Positions 26,955-32,000 of a DNA stretch of 32,000 nucleotides are shown here, one piece after another. Position numbers and translations under genes: made by a program. The stretch is from Caedibacter taeniospiralis (GTDB lineage Bacteria; Pseudomonadota; Gammaproteobacteria; Francisellales; Francisellaceae): NCBI RefSeq assembly GCF_002803295.2, contig NZ_PGGB02000002.1, forward strand, positions 133,222 to 165,221. The letters are read 5' to 3'. Position 1 is the stretch's first letter. Every line of letters begins with the position of its first letter. The notes beneath the pieces were generated by a model, which had not been told where the DNA came from, made no database searches, and saw nothing but the letters and a program-made list of their open reading frames with translations.

Positions 26955-28667
26955 ATGTTTTTTCACAACTTCCTGCGTTTACTGCTACCACTTTTTTGCG
27001 TTTTTTTCACGCAGTTTGGGGTTGCGAGCAACACGGCTTTTTTTAGCGCTGACAACCTGGTAAACATGGGGGTTTTCAACACACATCAACAGTCTTTCGA
27101 CAAGATACGTCTTATCGCAGTCAAAGGGAAAGCAGAAGTAACACTGTGCTGGGAAATTCCTAAAGGGCAATACCTCTATAAAGATAAAATAAGCCTTCAA
27201 CTTAGGAATGCTGACCATGCAAAAATCGGTAATATTTTCTTTCCTGAAGCAATCACACACCCTATGTTTGCCAATGAAAAAGTCTATGCACATGAATTAT
27301 TTTTGCGCGTTCCTTTATCTGGAGAAATCTCAGCAGATAGTTTCTTAGAAGTTCGTTATCAGGGCTGTGACAAAAATTTATGTCACTTGCCTCAGGTCAA
27401 AGAAATTTTGTTAGATCAACAAGTCCTTCCCTTGCAAAAGCAAATCTTTAACTGGCTTTCTATCTTAGCCTTATTAGGTATTGGTTTGTTATTGGCGTTT
27501 ACTCCTTGCGTACTGCCTATGGTTCCTATTATTAGCGCCATTGTTATTGGTAAAAGCCATGGCAAGCTGCATAGTTTCTTTCTTGCTTTAGCGTATGTGC
27601 TTGGTATGTCAATAATGTATGCCATGCTTGGCATTATCATCAGCAGCATTGGTCTTTCTTTCCAGTTGTTTTTCCAGCAAGCGTGGGTAATTATTTTAAT
27701 CAGCCTGCTCTTTGTTGCTTTGGCACTGTCGATGTTTGGCTTATTCCAAATTAAGCTACCTTCTTTTATTAGTGCACGGATTGGACAATCGCAAAGTAGA
27801 TTCAAATCAGGTGGTATTATCGGTAGCTTTTTGATGGGAGCTATTGCGAGCTTGGTGCTATCACCCTGCACCTCGGCACCTTTAATTGGTGTATTGACAA
27901 CGATTGTCCAGACAGGGGATGTCATCTACGGTGGCGTGGCACTTTTCACGCTTGGCTTTGGCATGGGTATTCCTCTTTTGCTTATTGCTTTAGGTCTCAA
28001 GCGATTTGTGCCAAAATCTGGCAGCTGGATGCAAGAAATTAAGATTCTCTTTGGTTTTGCGATGCTGGCAATGGCTATTTTCTTACTCAGCCGTGTCGTC
28101 AATGACGTTCTTTTTGATGTTATGGCTTATCTATTATTGATTAACGTATATGTGATTTATCTTATGTATGCTTCGGTTATCAGTGAATATATGAAGCAGA
28201 AAACCAAGCATTTTGTTGGTGCAAGCGTTGTGCTTATAAGCTTGTTTGGCATGGTAAGCTATATTACCCATGTCACGCAATCACAGCTTACTGTGCGTCA
28301 GGATGGCGATGTGATCACTGTGTTTACAGTCAAAGAGCTTGATGCACAACTTAAGCAATCTCTTCAAACCCACGACTATGTTCTAGTGGATTATTTTGCG
28401 CATTGGTGTGAAAACTGCCTAAAACTTAAAGAAATCCTGCAAAACTCCAGAATGCAGCAGTATTTTAAAAATCATAATATTCAAATTATTAAGGTCGATG
28501 TATCGCAATACAGTAGCGACAGCACGGAACTCTTGAATCAGGCAAATATTTTGGGATTGCCCACACTGATACTGCTGAACAAAGATCAGCAGGAAATAAA
28601 ACGTGTCGCTGGCGTGCTTGATGAAAAGGTCGTAATTTCAGGATTTGATGCCGTACTGTATCGTTAG
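26955..28667 (+). CDS. dsbD: Thiol:disulfide interchange protein DsbD
   Basis: Signal peptide, N-terminal DsbD-alpha-like domain, 8-TM core (LLAFTPCVLPMVPIISAII, GAIASLVLSPCTSAPLIGVL), C-terminal thioredoxin motif DYFAHWCENCLKLKE. Confidence 0.95.
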   Translation: MFFHNFLRLLLPLFCVFFTQFGVASNTAFFSADNLVNMGVFNTHQQSFDKIRLIAVKGKAEVTLCWEIPKGQYLYKDKISLQLRNADHAKIGNIFFPEAITHPMFANEKVYAHELFLRVPLSGEISADSFLEVRYQGCDKNLCHLPQVKEILLDQQVLPLQKQIFNWLSILALLGIGLLLAFTPCVLPMVPIISAIVIGKSHGKLHSFFLALAYVLGMSIMYAMLGIIISSIGLSFQLFFQQAWVIILISLLFVALALSMFGLFQIKLPSFISARIGQSQSRFKSGGIIGSFLMGAIASLVLSPCTSAPLIGVLTTIVQTGDVIYGGVALFTLGFGMGIPLLLIALGLKRFVPKSGSWMQEIKILFGFAMLAMAIFLLSRVVNDVLFDVMAYLLLINVYVIYLMYASVISEYMKQKTKHFVGASVVLISLFGMVSYITHVTQSQLTVRQDGDVITVFTVKELDAQLKQSLQTHDYVLVDYFAHWCENCLKLKEILQNSRMQQYFKNHNIQIIKVDVSQYSSDSTELLNQANILGLPTLILLNKDQQEIKRVAGVLDEKVVISGFDAVLYR

Positions 28668-28986
28668 TCTCTTTTAGCTAAAGATAACAAAACTGTAACA
28701 TTTAAGCTTCATGCTATCTGTGACGGTAACAAATCCTACTTTAGCTTTATACCCATCGTAAATCATTTTCCAGACTTTCTGGCATTGAATTTCGGCTGAT
28801 TTTAAAGGATTGAATTTTGACAATAGAACTCACTATTACCTACAAGTCAATTCTTCAAAATCCCCGCGAACTTCTTCCCTCATAAAACCCGTAAAATGAT
28901 TTATGATGGGTATATATGTTGCTTAAAGAGTGAAGTTATCGTGACATTACAGCGTACCGCAACATAAATTATAAGAGGAGAGATAG

Positions 28987-30441
28987 ATGAATATGAAAAA
29001 TGTTTGTATAGGTTTGCTAGTAGTAGCTATTTTACAAGAAAGTCATGCAGCTTATGACACAAGTGATTATAAAGTCCAGCAACTTAAAATCAAGCAAGCT
29101 GAGTCTCGACTTCCTGATAATCGCCGTGCCAGAAATGTGATTTTATTTATTGGTGATGGGATGTCTTTAGGAACAATAACAGCCACGCGAATTTATGCAG
29201 GACAGCAACAGGGCGGCGATGGGGAGTCCTATTGCTTGAGTTTTGAAAGTTTTCCATATGTAGCCATTTCAAAAACTTACAATACGAATATGCAAACGCC
29301 AGATTCTGCGGGAACAGTAACGGCAATGGTCACGGGTTATAAAACTAAAAGCGGGGTTATCAACGTAAGCGATAAAGCTAAGAGGGGTGTTTGTGCTGGG
29401 GCTACTGCTGAACAGTTAGCGACTATTTTTGAGCAGGCTGCTAAACAAGGCTTATCAGTCGGGCTAGTCACAACAACACGTATTACACACGCAACTCGTG
29501 CTGGTGTATATGCCCATTCATTTGATCGTGATTGGGAAGCAGATACACTGATGCCGCAAAATGCAAAACAAAATGGCTGCCAGGATATTGCCAGACAATT
29601 CATAGACCAAGGTGATGTCGTTGAAGTGGCGCTGGGAGCTGGCTTATCCATGTTTACCCTTGAAAAAGATGGAGGTAAACGCAAAGATGAAAACCTGATT
29701 TCCTTATGGCAATCGCGTTATCCACAAGGAAAATATATAACAAATAAAAATGAGCTGGTTGGCGTAAAACCGTCAAAAGACTTGAGAGTGCTTGGATTAT
29801 TTGCCGAAAATCATATTCCCTATGTCTTGGATAGAAATGCCGACACGCCATCTTTAAGTCAGATGACAGAGAAAGCTATTGAAATTTTATCAACAAATCC
29901 AAAGGGTTATATACTCATGGTTGAAGGGGGGCGTATTGATCATGGGCATCATGCAGGTAATGCACAACGTGCACTTTCTGAAGCAAAAGAGTTTGACGAA
30001 ACCATCGCAAAAACTTTGAGTATGATTGATACGAGAGACACATTGGTGATTGTTACTGCAGATCATGGGCACGGTTTTGTCATGAATGGCTATGCAGCAC
30101 GCAATAATGCTATATTGGGTTTATCTAAAGGACTAGATGGGCAACCCAATAAGGACATGGAAGGTCGTGTGTACACAACAATTGCTTATGCAAATGGTCC
30201 TGGAGGGAATCAAATCGCAGGTGATTTCAGTGAGCAAAAGGTGCTAGCAAAGGATTATACACAAAATGCACTCATTCCATTGGAGGAAGAAACACATTCA
30301 GGAGAAGATGTAATCATATCTGCAACAGGTCCAAAAGCCTGGCTATTTCAAGGTTTTGTTGAGCAAAACTATATTTTCCACGTAATGAGCAAAGCACTGG
30401 GTATGGACGATGAAAAGTTATCATATTCTAACTTGGGTTAA
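28987..30441 (+). CDS. Alkaline phosphatase (PhoA superfamily), secreted
   Basis: Signal peptide; VILFIGDGMSLGTITATRIYAG, TPDSAGTVTAMVTGYKTKSGVI, MVEGGRIDHGHHAGNAQRAL, VIVTADHGHGF. Confidence 0.93.
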   Translation: MNMKNVCIGLLVVAILQESHAAYDTSDYKVQQLKIKQAESRLPDNRRARNVILFIGDGMSLGTITATRIYAGQQQGGDGESYCLSFESFPYVAISKTYNTNMQTPDSAGTVTAMVTGYKTKSGVINVSDKAKRGVCAGATAEQLATIFEQAAKQGLSVGLVTTTRITHATRAGVYAHSFDRDWEADTLMPQNAKQNGCQDIARQFIDQGDVVEVALGAGLSMFTLEKDGGKRKDENLISLWQSRYPQGKYITNKNELVGVKPSKDLRVLGLFAENHIPYVLDRNADTPSLSQMTEKAIEILSTNPKGYILMVEGGRIDHGHHAGNAQRALSEAKEFDETIAKTLSMIDTRDTLVIVTADHGHGFVMNGYAARNNAILGLSKGLDGQPNKDMEGRVYTTIAYANGPGGNQIAGDFSEQKVLAKDYTQNALIPLEEETHSGEDVIISATGPKAWLFQGFVEQNYIFHVMSKALGMDDEKLSYSNLG

Positions 30442-30630
30442 CTTGGAGAATTCTACGCAGTCTGTAAATAATTGCTAACGGGAAATGGCAACCTCCTACA
30501 AATACCTCTCATAAGCAATCAAATTGTCCGATATTCGCGGCTGATATTCTTCAGCGGGTCTACATTGTTTACACTACAAAACTAGTAGCTAAACACACTT
30601 ATTACTTGGATTTAGAAAGGAGAAATTATA

Positions 30631-32000
30631 ATGCCTCATGATGTGAGAAAGCGTGTAGAAGAGTATCTTAGCGAGAACTCTATAAATTTTGATAACGATG
30701 GTGCTAGGGATGGTTTTGTTGAGTTGCTAACAGAACTTATCAGCCAGAATGAAGAGGATGAAAATACCATTAATGACTTGAGAAAACTTGTTAAAGACCA
30801 TGAGGAATCTGAGACAGAAGTGTATAACTACCGTGATAAGCTTGTAAAACATATTGATAAAATTGAGCGAGAACTGGTGGAGAAAGAAGAGCATATCGAT
30901 AGTCTTAAGAATCTTGTTAATGATGGCAAGATTGAACTTGAAGATGCCAAACATTTGGAAAAACGCCTGAAGAGATACGACCAAGCTTTTTATGAGCAAA
31001 AACTTTCTCATGATGAAGAGCGCGAAAGACATGAAAAAGAAGTGTCAGAATTAGATAGACAACTTGAAACTTTAAAACAAGAACTTAAGCAATATAAACA
31101 GGACCAAAAGTCGTATTTTGAGCAAATAGATAATAACGCCCATACTGAGAGGCAACTGAAAGAAAGGTTAAACGAAAATAACAAAAAAATTGATGATCTG
31201 ACACTCAAGTTGAAAAACAAAGGTGAAGATTTCAATAGGATATGCGAAGCAAATGATGAACTTCTTAAAGAACAAGAGGTATACCTGAACAATAATGAGA
31301 ATTACAAGAAAGAAATTGATTTGCTTTGGAAGCAAGTAACTTCACTTCAAAATGAGAAGAACGATCAATCGCAAACATTCAAGAAAGAAAAAGAAACTTA
31401 CATGCAAGAGCTGCTACGTTACAAAGAAATTAGTGATGTGTTTGAATTTCAGCTTAGCCTGAAAAACCAGAATCTTGAGGAAGCGCATAAGGAGATAGAA
31501 CGTTTAACTAATCAGCAGGTGACTAAACTTCCAAGCCTAGAAGATGAACTCAAAGGAGGAAGTTTCTTAGATGAATTTAATACGTTAGAAGAAGATTTAA
31601 AGACAGCGAAAAAAAATATTGAAAGACAAACTCTACTGATAGCTGATCTTCAAAAGGAGCTTCAGGAAAAGGAAATATCTTATAAGCAGTCATTGGAAGA
31701 AAAGGAATCTCAACATTTAAAGGATACAGACGAAATAGCACACCTAAGGAAAGACATTGAAAATAACAGTAATGCTATTGAAGAAAACGAGAAAAATAAG
31801 CTCAAGATGCAGAGTGATCTTGAAGAAAAAGAACAACAGATTAACAACTTGAAAAGTCAGGCTGAAAAGACAATAGAAGAACAAAAAAATTTCGAACAAA
31901 GGATAATTGATTTAGAAACAAAGCTCAAAGAGGCTACTAATACTTATGAGCAAAAGAAACTGGAGCTTGAAGAGTCTAGAAAACAGCTTGAATCCAAGAA
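30631..32000 (+). CDS. Long highly charged coiled-coil protein of unknown function (3' end beyond window)
   Basis: My translation is open from ATG 30631 (SD AAAGGAG) to the window end, >=456 codons: MPHDVRKRVEEYLSENSINFDNDGARDGFVELLTELISQNEEDENTINDLRKLVKDHEE...; near-continuous E/K/L/Q heptad-like sequence. Missing from the track, probably because it has no stop in the window. Confidence 0.85.
   Translation, partial: MPHDVRKRVEEYLSENSINFDNDGARDGFVELLTELISQNEEDENTINDLRKLVKDHEESETEVYNYRDKLVKHIDKIERELVEKEEHIDSLKNLVNDGKIELEDAKHLEKRLKRYDQAFYEQKLSHDEERERHEKEVSELDRQLETLKQELKQYKQDQKSYFEQIDNNAHTERQLKERLNENNKKIDDLTLKLKNKGEDFNRICEANDELLKEQEVYLNNNENYKKEIDLLWKQVTSLQNEKNDQSQTFKKEKETYMQELLRYKEISDVFEFQLSLKNQNLEEAHKEIERLTNQQVTKLPSLEDELKGGSFLDEFNTLEEDLKTAKKNIERQTLLIADLQKELQEKEISYKQSLEEKESQHLKDTDEIAHLRKDIENNSNAIEENEKNKLKMQSDLEEKEQQINNLKSQAEKTIEEQKNFEQRIIDLETKLKEATNTYEQKKLELEESRKQLESK

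Noticed and set aside
30727-31292. Minus-strand ORFs rich in Phe/Ser/Leu opposite the coiled-coil gene
   Set aside because: They are the antisense shadow of Glu/Lys-rich codons in the long plus-strand ORF.

Overview
The window comes from a gammaproteobacterial chromosome (inferred from gene content and order) and is mostly core housekeeping genes. In order it carries: 3' end of ddl, ftsQ, ftsA, ftsZ; a three-gene HlyD / GAF-HlyD / M50-peptidase-HlyD membrane-export cassette where lpxC often sits; convergent rbfA-infB-nusA-rimP-metY (initiator tRNA); rpmG-rpmB; a frameshifted nitrilase/omega-amidase gene with a PLP aminotransferase; rlmKL; a CDF transporter; a GNAT-DUF1778 toxin-antitoxin pair; rpmH-rnpA-yidD-yidC; parC; dsbD; an alkaline phosphatase; and the 5' part of a long coiled-coil protein running off the end. 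The most interesting material is (i) the export cassette, which has no ABC or RND pump gene beside it. Its M50 protein carries HEFGH, a FDG motif, a lipoyl/HlyD tail and an N-terminal domain that could be PqqD/RRE-like. The M50 gene is split by an approximately 400 bp insert containing a perfect 122 bp tandem duplication. (ii) A palindromic repeat family with a 26 bp perfect inverted core. One copy is read through in frame inside the first HlyD gene and a related copy sits between yidC and parC. (iii) A homopolymer frameshift in the nitrilase gene. (iv) A nuclease-family gene remnant downstream of rbfA. (v) The long coiled-coil ORF absent from the ORF track. I see no CRISPR array, no intact transposase and no clearly new defence system.
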